From positions 620 to 64,619 of the forward strand of contig JBAQUL010000026.1 of assembly GCA_049297495.1 (NCBI GenBank): a stretch of 64,000 nt of DNA. The letters are read 5' to 3'. Shown here piece by piece: positions 27,834-35,688 of this stretch (position 1 is the first letter of the stretch; each line of letters starts with the position of its first letter). This DNA comes from Candidatus Moraniibacteriota bacterium. GTDB taxonomy: Bacteria > Patescibacteriota > Minisyncoccia > Moranbacterales > UBA2206. Position numbers and translations under genes: made by a program. The notes beneath the pieces are model-generated. The model saw only the letters and a program-made list of their open reading frames with translations. It did not search any database and was not told the DNA's origin.

Positions 27834-28136
27834 TTATAGCGTATTTAATTTCTTTTTAAGTCGCTTCAATTCTTCCTCTTTTTCCAGAGACTCTCTCACT
27901 ACAACATCGTAACGCGCTTTTTTACTATTCATAATCAAAGTGATTCGCTCTCCATCTTGCCTTAGTTTTCGAATCTCCGCATCCAAGATGCTTTTTTCAT
28001 TAACCAGTTTTCTTTTATCTGAATCCGCGATTAACAGCTCCATCTGAACTCGCCTCTTTTGACTCTCTCTTGCAGCAACATCAGCGCTATTTTCATCATC
28101 AGCATTTCCACCCCTCGAGGAATTTTGCATGTACAT
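27834..28136 (-). CDS. hypothetical coiled-coil protein
   Basis: 100-aa ORF with heptad-like charged repeats (SILDAEIRKLRQDGERITL...EEELKRLKKKL). Confidence 0.4.
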   Translation of the reverse strand: MYMQNSSRGGNADDENSADVAARESQKRRVQMELLIADSDKRKLVNEKSILDAEIRKLRQDGERITLIMNSKKARYDVVVRESLEKEEELKRLKKKLNTL

Positions 28137-28150
28137 AAATTTGAAAAAAA

Positions 28151-29311
28151 TTATCTTATTATCCCGCCACCCAAAATCTCATCACCCTCCCCATAAAAAA
28201 CAATTGACTGTCCTGGCGCGATTGCTCTTTGCGCCAAATCAAATTCCAACTGACAACCTCCCCTACTAATCCTCCCAATTATAGCATGTACCAGCGGATT
28301 ATGATAGCGCGTCCTGACTCGAACGGAGACTGGAAAAGTCGGTATCAAAGCACTTACCCAAACCACATCCTCCAGTTCAATTTTTTTCCGAGCTATCGAT
28401 GGATGATCGATATCATTAGTCACTACCAAAATATTTTTCTGCACATTTTTGGAAACAACAAAATATGGTCCTGTGCCTCCAATTTCAATTCCCTTTCTTT
28501 GTCCAATCGTATAGAGAGGAAGTCCACGATGCTCCCCCATCAGATTCCCATCAGTATCAATAATTTTCCCAGATTGCAAGACAATCTTATTTTTTAAAAA
28601 TCCCTCTAAGTTCCCATTCGCCATAAAACACACATCTTGCGAGTCACCCTTGTCAAAAACCGGCAAACGAAATTTTTCCGCCATTTTTCGCACTTTAGCT
28701 TTTTGGTATTCTCCAAGTGGAAAAATGACTCGCGCCAATTCTTCTTGCCCCAAACGATACAAAAAATAACTCTGATCTTTATTTTTATCCTTCGCTTCTA
28801 ATAGCCTATACTCAACTTTATTTTCTGCTTCTTTTTTGACTGCTGGCAATTTGCATTTATTTGGAAACCTGCCTGCCGCCTGCCTGTCCGGTAGGCAGGG
28901 TAGGCAAGGTTGGAAATTGGAAATTGGAAATTCCTGACAAAGTCGGGCATAGTGCCCAGTCGCCACCATCTCAATCCCCAGACTCTCAGCAGTCTCAAAA
29001 AGCAATTTGAACTTCATTTTTTCATTACAAAAAACACAAGGATTGGGAGTTCTGCCACTCTCGTACTCACGGAGAAAATATTGAATGACCGTTTTTTCAA
29101 ACATTCCTCTCGCATCAATGATTTCCAGGGGAATCTCCAAAATACTACAAACAGCTTTTGTATCCGCCAGAGATCTATTGTCAACCTCCTCATGCTCCCA
29201 AAAACGCAAAAAGGCTCCGCTGACAGCATAGCCTTCATCTTTAAGCAGCGCAGCAGAAACAGAAGAATCAACGCCCCCTGACATTCCTATGAGCACACTC
29301 TTTCTGCTCAT
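28151..29311 (-). CDS. mnmA: tRNA-specific 2-thiouridylase MnmA carrying an in-frame ~35-aa insertion
   Basis: PP-loop LIGMSGGVDSSVSAALL, catalytic Cys region NPCVFCN, and the C-terminal domain. The insertion lies between ATGHYAR and DKNKDQSYFLY: ...EFPISNFQPCLPCLPDRQAAGRFPNKCKLP..., about 35 aa longer than in canonical MnmA. Confidence 0.9.
   Translation of the reverse strand: MSRKSVLIGMSGGVDSSVSAALLKDEGYAVSGAFLRFWEHEEVDNRSLADTKAVCSILEIPLEIIDARGMFEKTVIQYFLREYESGRTPNPCVFCNEKMKFKLLFETAESLGIEMVATGHYARLCQEFPISNFQPCLPCLPDRQAAGRFPNKCKLPAVKKEAENKVEYRLLEAKDKNKDQSYFLYRLGQEELARVIFPLGEYQKAKVRKMAEKFRLPVFDKGDSQDVCFMANGNLEGFLKNKIVLQSGKIIDTDGNLMGEHRGLPLYTIGQRKGIEIGGTGPYFVVSKNVQKNILVVTNDIDHPSIARKKIELEDVVWVSALIPTFPVSVRVRTRYHNPLVHAIIGRISRGGCQLEFDLAQRAIAPGQSIVFYGEGDEILGGGIIR
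28868..28932. repeat. GC-rich near-palindrome (CCTGCCTGCC...GGCAGG) plus 3x GGAAATT heptamer, inserted in frame in mnmA (family A)
   Basis: cctgcctgccgcctgcctgtccggtaggcagggtaggcaaggttggaaattggaaattggaaatt in an otherwise AT-rich gene. The same palindrome core occurs in the tRNA-Leu fragment at 44673-44694, and the same heptamer in pheT. Confidence 0.6.
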
Positions 29312-29476
29312 GGTTGTTTTCGTTGCATTTCAACCTGCGCCTTTCTTTCAGAATCAAAAATTTTTGATTTTGGCGTATTATGAACAATATCTGTCCCGGT
29401 GGAAAAAGAAGACCACGCAACTATAAAGCCCATGACCAAAACGAATAGCAATGCTATAAATTTTTGAAGGCTAAAC

Positions 29477-31387
29477 TCACCCATTATTTTTAGTTTTATT
29501 AATTAAATTTCTTATTTCTGCCGTATCAATATTCAAGGCTTTCCGAGGGATTTTGAATTTTTTTGGCGCGATGTTGGATATTTGAGAAAGACTAATTATT
29601 TTGTCGCTAGCAACAAGTCCGGCCGATTGAGAATTTTCCACTTGCGACTGAACGGATGGAATTGCCTTGGTGTAACTTCGTGTACCCATATTATCATTGT
29701 TTTTGCTAATTTGGTCAAGTTGAATTTTTGCTCGCGCACGCTGATAGTCTCGCAGACACTCTTTGCAAAAAGTTTTTCGATTTGGATCAGGACGAAATGG
29801 CACTGTTATTTTTTCTTCACAAGTCGAGCAAATAGCTTCAAACAACTCCACGGACTTCTCCGCAGCCTGATTTAGCAACTCTTCTCTGACCGATTTACTG
29901 TTAGGAAGCGCCTTAGCCGCTATTGATTGCGCTGCTGCGTCCGGACGACTTTCAGTCGCCGGCACCTTTTTCTCCGCTACCACAGATTGAGTCAATCTTG
30001 GAGCTCTTTGTTCAATTGCTGTTGGCTTCTTTTCCATTCTCACGACAGGACTCTCTCGCTGGTTGCTCGTTGAGTCAAATTCATCAAATCCAATGCCCAC
30101 ATCCATCCCGCTCCAACGAGCGATTTTCTCTGCCACCTCAATCCGAGATTTTCCATAACGCTCTCGTGAAACGGCAATCACTTTTTCCTGAGCATCGCTT
30201 GTGTCCGAAATATCAGCTGGTGGCAATGTTCGCGCTGAAAAAGCATCACCAGCGATACCATCAATCATTAGTTTGAGATATATATCATATTTGGAAAGAT
30301 TGACAATATCATTCATGAGAAATATCGGGTCAAATTCTTTTTCCAAATGCTCAGCGTCTTCCGCTCCCACACGAAAAGAAACCAATGTTCCCACATTGCC
30401 AAAAATCGCGTCTTTCACTGTGGCATTTCCATCAAAAACTAACTGATTGATGTATTGATGCGCCAGAATTAGGCATAACCGATACTTTCTGGCCTCAGAA
30501 AGGATATTAGAAAAAGATTCCGTAGCAAAATTCTGGAATTCATCAACATACAAATAGAAGTCCCTTCTTTCCTCCTCGGGAATATCCACGCGGCTCATCG
30601 CAGCTAACTGAATTTTCGTGATTATCATTCCCCCCAAAAGTCGCATCGCATCCTCTCCAATTCTCCCCTTCGACAAATTGACAATCAAGATTTTTTGATT
30701 ATCCATAATCTCGCGCATGTCAATTGTTGATTTCGGCTGACCAATAATATGGCGCACAAGAGTATAGGACAAAAATTGTCCTACTTTATTCTGGATTGCG
30801 GCTACCGCTTCTTTTCGAAATTTATCCTCCCACTTATCAAATTCATTAATCCAAAAGGCCTTCACCACCGGGTCTTTTATTTTCGTATAAACTCTTTTTC
30901 GATAATCCTTGTCGCTCATCATGCGATTAACTCCCAAAAGTGTCGAACCAGGATAATCCAAAAGAGCCAGAATTGCATTATTCAAAATGTACTCCATGCG
31001 CGAACTCCAAACATCCGGCCAAATTTTCTTGAACACTCCCATCATGCCGGAAGCCACTAAGTTTTTCTTGTCTTCATCCACCGCTTCCAAAATATTAAAG
31101 GCAACTGGAAACTCAATATCGGATGGGTTGAAATAGACCACATCATTGATACGATTGGCCGGAATAGCTCGAAGCATCTTTTCGGCAAACTCACCGTGCG
31201 GGTCAACCACGCAAACCCCCTTGCCATTGCGAATATCTTGAATCGCCATATTCTCCAACAGATTGGATTTTCCCATACCAGTCTTTCCGATAATATACAT
31301 GTGACGACGACGATCATCCTCCTTGATTCCAAAGACTCTTTCTTGATTGCGATAATTGGTTTTGGCGAAGAAGTTTATATTTGACAT
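29477..31387 (-). CDS. TraD/VirD4/TrwB-like (type IV coupling protein-like) P-loop ATPase with C-terminal zinc ribbon
   Basis: Walker A YIIGKTGMGKSN followed by VVDPHGE (the T4CP/AAA_10-like DPxGE motif), Walker B region FYLYVDEFQNF, and a C-terminal CSTCEEK...FCKECL CxxC-CxxC. No N-terminal TM. Confidence 0.65.
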   Translation of the reverse strand: MSNINFFAKTNYRNQERVFGIKEDDRRRHMYIIGKTGMGKSNLLENMAIQDIRNGKGVCVVDPHGEFAEKMLRAIPANRINDVVYFNPSDIEFPVAFNILEAVDEDKKNLVASGMMGVFKKIWPDVWSSRMEYILNNAILALLDYPGSTLLGVNRMMSDKDYRKRVYTKIKDPVVKAFWINEFDKWEDKFRKEAVAAIQNKVGQFLSYTLVRHIIGQPKSTIDMREIMDNQKILIVNLSKGRIGEDAMRLLGGMIITKIQLAAMSRVDIPEEERRDFYLYVDEFQNFATESFSNILSEARKYRLCLILAHQYINQLVFDGNATVKDAIFGNVGTLVSFRVGAEDAEHLEKEFDPIFLMNDIVNLSKYDIYLKLMIDGIAGDAFSARTLPPADISDTSDAQEKVIAVSRERYGKSRIEVAEKIARWSGMDVGIGFDEFDSTSNQRESPVVRMEKKPTAIEQRAPRLTQSVVAEKKVPATESRPDAAAQSIAAKALPNSKSVREELLNQAAEKSVELFEAICSTCEEKITVPFRPDPNRKTFCKECLRDYQRARAKIQLDQISKNNDNMGTRSYTKAIPSVQSQVENSQSAGLVASDKIISLSQISNIAPKKFKIPRKALNIDTAEIRNLINKTKNNG

Positions 31388-31406
31388 TTTGATATATATG
31401 GATTAA

Positions 31407-32684
31407 TTAGTCGATGGGTAAATTCGAAGGCGCCGCTCCCAACTTAGAAGTAGTCTGAGTGATCGCATGAGACTTGACTGACAAATCAGGAAAATGAAAC
31501 ATAGTTGCCAATTCTTTTGTAGAGAGCATAAGATTGACTCCATCCATATTTCTTCTACGGTAGCGATCGTAAATTTTACGCTTTCGAAGGTTGGTAATTC
31601 TGTCCACGAAGAAAATTTGGCCATAGGTCTTGCTAATATCTTCGGGTTTAATCTGATTCATGTTTAAATCATTAAACTGCTTGACTGCACCAACAAAAGC
31701 ACTTACATAAGACTTATCAAATCCTTCCCGCTTACCCAAATATATCATACGCATCTTGGTTTTGAAAAAATTCTTGCCCAAATTTTCCTCAACAGCTTTC
31801 AAAATATCTTTCTCCACCGTAGAGAGTCGCATCTCCAATGGCAACTCATCTTTTTTTGCAGCAGCCACCTTGAATTCCGGCGGACCAAAAAGCCCCGCCC
31901 AAAGATTGGAGAGGACGTCCACAACATCAGAAATCAATCTTCCGCCTGTTGACTCCGTTGCTCTAAATTTCAATTTATCAGCCAAAACCTTCCCGCCCTT
32001 AATTGATTCGCCTTCCTGTACAGGCACAACCACATATTGCAACCAAATGTGCTGTCCCGGTCCCAATGTCCCCAAAACCTCCACGAGAGCAGCCATTGGA
32101 TCAATCATTTCACCTGTTATACTCTCTTCGAATTGGTCATAAGTTTTGAGAGGATAATAGGGATCGGTTTTCAAAAAGACAAAGTCCGCACCCCAAAGAT
32201 CCCAATTCTTATTTGGCACAGCCTTGGGAAATTTCGGATAATAATCTTCCACTTCCATGACTTGCGCTTCGGGATATTGCGCATAAATTTGCGCCTCAAC
32301 TAAATTACGATATTTTTTCAAAAGCCGAATATAGTAGTGCACCTTGCCTTCCTCGCCCACAAGCTCCAAACCAAAAAAATCTTGCCTAAACGCTCCATCC
32401 AGCCAGATGGTAAAATTATTATGCGTGGATATGACGCCAGTTAACCCTGTAAAAAAGACTTCCATTGGCTTGGGCCCCCTTTCAATTTCACGTGGAGGAA
32501 TCACCTCAAGCATCGTCCATTTATATTTCGAGTTCCAACAATCAGCCCCATACCAACCGACATAATCCAACCAAATGATTTTAAAAATATACCAAAATGG
32601 CCAAGGCAAAATCACCCACCAATAAGAAGTGAAAACACTTCCAAAGTAGTTTAACATATCAAAAATAGAAACAGAACCATTCAT
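31407..32684 (-). CDS. hypothetical membrane-anchored protein
   Basis: 425 aa; N-terminal hydrophobic/aromatic TM region (YWWVILPWPFWYIFKIIWL) and a large soluble domain with no recognisable motifs. Tightly linked upstream of the T4CP-like ATPase. Confidence 0.5.
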   Translation of the reverse strand: MNGSVSIFDMLNYFGSVFTSYWWVILPWPFWYIFKIIWLDYVGWYGADCWNSKYKWTMLEVIPPREIERGPKPMEVFFTGLTGVISTHNNFTIWLDGAFRQDFFGLELVGEEGKVHYYIRLLKKYRNLVEAQIYAQYPEAQVMEVEDYYPKFPKAVPNKNWDLWGADFVFLKTDPYYPLKTYDQFEESITGEMIDPMAALVEVLGTLGPGQHIWLQYVVVPVQEGESIKGGKVLADKLKFRATESTGGRLISDVVDVLSNLWAGLFGPPEFKVAAAKKDELPLEMRLSTVEKDILKAVEENLGKNFFKTKMRMIYLGKREGFDKSYVSAFVGAVKQFNDLNMNQIKPEDISKTYGQIFFVDRITNLRKRKIYDRYRRRNMDGVNLMLSTKELATMFHFPDLSVKSHAITQTTSKLGAAPSNLPID

Positions 32685-32747
32685 TATAATTTTTATTTTA
32701 GAAATATAGAAAATCGTTCAATGACTCGCCTACGTTGAAGCGTTGTG

Positions 32748-33812
32748 CTATTTCTTCAATCTATATCCGGTTCCCACTTTTTCAAAATGCTTGCTATTCA
32801 AATTAATCATGATCGTTGTTCGCTTCACCTTTCTGACCTGAAAAACTTTCCTGATAATTTCCTCTCGATCTAAGGGTTTTTCACTTTTTTCCAAAATGGT
32901 CCGGAGAACATCTTTGACTGCACCACCTGAGTAACCCCATTCACTTAGCGCATAAATTCCTCGTCCGATGAGCACAAACCGCTCATCCTTGATCAATTCA
33001 TTGTGAATTGTTTGGGGGTGCACTTTTTTCGTTCCCAGTTTATGTTTTTCAATCAATGCCGCAATACCTGTGAAATGCAAAGGTTTTTTCTCCTCCTTTA
33101 AAATCAAATAAATCTTTTCTCGGCTACCCTTTGGGCTAATTTCCGGCCAATGCCGCATGCCCCATTTTCCAAATTTATTTTTCTTAATTCCAAAAAGAAC
33201 ACTCAAATAGCTCAAAACTTCTTTCTTTGAAAAATCTCCCAAAATCATCACCAGCTCCTGAGAAATTTCATCATCACTAAGCAACTTTTTGTTTTTCTCC
33301 AAAAGCTCATGAGCCGCTTTTGATATTTTTGACACTTTGGTCAGAACTTCCGGAGAAACCACCCAAGACTTTTCAATCTTATTTTTTTCCACAACAACAG
33401 ATATTTTTCGAGAACAGTCTACCAAAAACCGCACCGCATTCTCCTCTTGGCGCGATCCACGCAAATTGAGCTCTTCTAAAACATCTTCCTCTTTGATTAT
33501 ACCACATTTTTTCTCAATCGCAAAAAACAAACTGTTTTCAACTTCCTGAAAGTTCGCTTCATCACTTTTGCTGCTGATATTCTTTCTTGCATCAGAAATA
33601 ATTTGACGTACGCGTTCTCTGGTAATATTATAATCCGAACCAATCTTTTCCAGAGTTTGCACAGTATGATCATCAACAAGCCCGAAGCGCTTCTTTAGAA
33701 TATCCTGCCCTCTCTGGGGCAATTGAGCTAGCATTTTTTCCGCCATAATGAAAAAAGAGTTCTCTATTTTCTCTTTTGACTTACTCTTGGGATTCGCGTC
33801 TATATTCATCAT
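32748..33812 (-). CDS. DNA-binding protein with sigma-70 region-4-like HTH (N-terminal) and C-terminal winged-helix-like region
   Basis: LPQRGQDILKKRFGLVDDHTVQTLEKIGSDYNITRERVRQI is a classic sigma-70 region 4.2 HTH. The C-terminal ...ERFVLIGRGIYAL resembles wHTH (AbiEi-like RGxY) motifs. Divergent from dprA. Confidence 0.6.
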   Translation of the reverse strand: MMNIDANPKSKSKEKIENSFFIMAEKMLAQLPQRGQDILKKRFGLVDDHTVQTLEKIGSDYNITRERVRQIISDARKNISSKSDEANFQEVENSLFFAIEKKCGIIKEEDVLEELNLRGSRQEENAVRFLVDCSRKISVVVEKNKIEKSWVVSPEVLTKVSKISKAAHELLEKNKKLLSDDEISQELVMILGDFSKKEVLSYLSVLFGIKKNKFGKWGMRHWPEISPKGSREKIYLILKEEKKPLHFTGIAALIEKHKLGTKKVHPQTIHNELIKDERFVLIGRGIYALSEWGYSGGAVKDVLRTILEKSEKPLDREEIIRKVFQVRKVKRTTIMINLNSKHFEKVGTGYRLKK

Positions 33813-33908
33813 TTTAAGCTTTAAATTGAGTTATTTTTGACTTCCAGAAATACTAGCACACATTCAATAAATTTGTCAAGTCCAAAGCCCCTGTGTTATT
33901 GTAGGCTA

Positions 33909-34991
33909 ATGAAATATCTTCATGCACTAAATAAAATCGAAGGTGTTGGCTCGCAAAAGATCAGAACACTCCTCGGCGCTCTTGGCTCAGCCCAAAACGT
34001 CTGGCAAGCAAACCTCTCAACTCTCAAACGAGCACTGGGTGACGGCAAATTGCCTGAAAAAATCTTTTTTGAAAAACAAAATATCAACCCAGATGAAGAA
34101 TGGGAAATACTAGGGCTGGCGAACATTCAGCTAATTGAGTTCACGAGCCCACATTATCCAAAGCTCCTCAAGGAAATTCATAATCCACCATATCTCATAT
34201 ATACTCGTGGAGAATTGGCCTTAAATAATATTCCCGCCATCTCCATTGTTGGATCAAGAAAATATTCTACCTATGGCGAACAACTGGCGAATTCTTTTGC
34301 TCGTGACCTGGCAAGAGCTGGTTTTGCGATCATAAGCGGTCTGGCGTTAGGCATTGACGCCATTTCACATAAAGGAGCATTGGAAGTCAAAGGAAAAACC
34401 ATAGCAGTTTTAGGTAGTGGTATTGATGATGAGAGTATTTACCCACGGACCAATTTTCAACTTGCCCAAGAAATTATTGCGAGTGGCGGGCTACTCATGA
34501 GCGACTACGCACCGGGAACACCAGCCACAACAATGACTTTTCCGGCCAGAAACAGAATTATCGCCGGCCTATCGCTTGGCACACTCATCATCGAAGCGAG
34601 CGAAAAAAGTGGCACACTCATTACCGCTAAGATGGCTCTGGAAAGCAACCGTGAAGTCTTTTCCATCCCCGGTTCGATTTTCTCGCCAACATCAATCGGC
34701 ACTAATAACCTAATCAAGTCTGGCGCCAAAATTGTCACCTGCGTCCAAGATATCCTCGAGGAATTCAACCTTTCGCAAGTCAATGAACCCAAACAAGCAA
34801 AACTCAAATTGCCAGAAAGCAAGGAAGAAGAGATTCTTCTTTCAGTCCTGAGCGATGTCCCCCTGCATATTGACAATATCGCCAAACGTGCCAATCTAAC
34901 CGTACATGTGATTTCATCAACTCTCATCATGATGGAAATCAAAGGCTGGGTCAAAAATCTTGGTGGGCAAAATTATATTTTATTGCAGTAA
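33909..34991 (+). CDS. dprA: DNA processing protein DprA (Smf)
   Basis: Rossmann-like DprA core (ISIVGSRKYSTYGEQ...IISGLALGIDAISHKGAL...GSGID) and a C-terminal wH-like domain. The start is probably the ATG at 33909 (MKYLHALNKIEGVG); the ORF track starts at 33837. Confidence 0.85.
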   Translation: MKYLHALNKIEGVGSQKIRTLLGALGSAQNVWQANLSTLKRALGDGKLPEKIFFEKQNINPDEEWEILGLANIQLIEFTSPHYPKLLKEIHNPPYLIYTRGELALNNIPAISIVGSRKYSTYGEQLANSFARDLARAGFAIISGLALGIDAISHKGALEVKGKTIAVLGSGIDDESIYPRTNFQLAQEIIASGGLLMSDYAPGTPATTMTFPARNRIIAGLSLGTLIIEASEKSGTLITAKMALESNREVFSIPGSIFSPTSIGTNNLIKSGAKIVTCVQDILEEFNLSQVNEPKQAKLKLPESKEEEILLSVLSDVPLHIDNIAKRANLTVHVISSTLIMMEIKGWVKNLGGQNYILLQ

Positions 34992-34997
34992 AAAAAT

Positions 34998-35143
34998 AAA
35001 TGTCATCCTGAGCGTAGTGTAGCGGAGTCGAAGGATCTGCTTTCCGTTATCGCAAGTTCTACTATTAAACAGAAAGCCTTGGATTATGGTTAGCAGATCC
35101 TTCGACTGCGTCCCGAGTACGGGACTACGCTCAGGATGACATT
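34998..35143. repeat. ~145-bp long-palindrome structured repeat, family B copy 1
   Basis: aatgtcatcctgagcgtagt...gagtcgaaggatctgct / agcagatccttcgac...actacgctcaggatgacatt: ~40-bp arms around a ~45-nt loop with a nested hairpin GTCCCGAGTACGGGAC. Second copy at 55211-55349. Confidence 0.65.
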
Positions 35144-35199
35144 TTCAGTTTGTTTTTCATATAAATTCGTAAATCCTAATAAATCTTAAATTTAACATT

Positions 35200-35463
35200 A
35201 TGAAACCAATCAACCAATTTGTTCATAAAAACATCAAAGCCTTCGAATTAGTTGGGGTTATAATGCGTATCTCTAGCTTTTCATTGGTCAGTTGGCTTGG
35301 ACCAGCTAGTCCTTTCATGTTTGTTTGGATATTCAATACAACCGATGCGATCTTACTCTCTTGGTGCTCAGTTTTAAAAAAAGATAAAGCTTATACCCTG
35401 TTAAATGTATTTTGGGTTATCATTGGAGTGGTCGGTATCTTAAAAGCAGCTAGCTTAATCTAA
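35200..35463 (+). CDS. hypothetical small membrane protein
   Basis: 87 aa, three hydrophobic helices, no known motif. Confidence 0.35.
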   Translation: MKPINQFVHKNIKAFELVGVIMRISSFSLVSWLGPASPFMFVWIFNTTDAILLSWCSVLKKDKAYTLLNVFWVIIGVVGILKAASLI

Positions 35464-35688
35464 AACTTGGAGAAAATTCAGTTTTGGTTTATGATAGATA
35501 ATGGTTATTTAATTCAGGACTTACGCCTAATCCAAAAACCAGCTTTTCTATAGCCAGAGTTGATCTGGAAAGTTTTAATGATTTTAGAATTCAACATAAG
35601 CAAAAAACAAACTCTAAACAGCCACGCGCTTTAAAGATTGTTTTTGGGTTAGACGTAAGTCATATAATTCTTATTCTCCTCGTAATTT

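Noticed and set aside
29308-29483. Apparent small TM ORF between the T4CP-like ATPase and mnmA, with its stop overlapping the mnmA ATG.
   Set aside because: On careful re-reading the frame contains an early TAG (M G E F S L Q N L *). The longer reading arose from miscounting an A-run.
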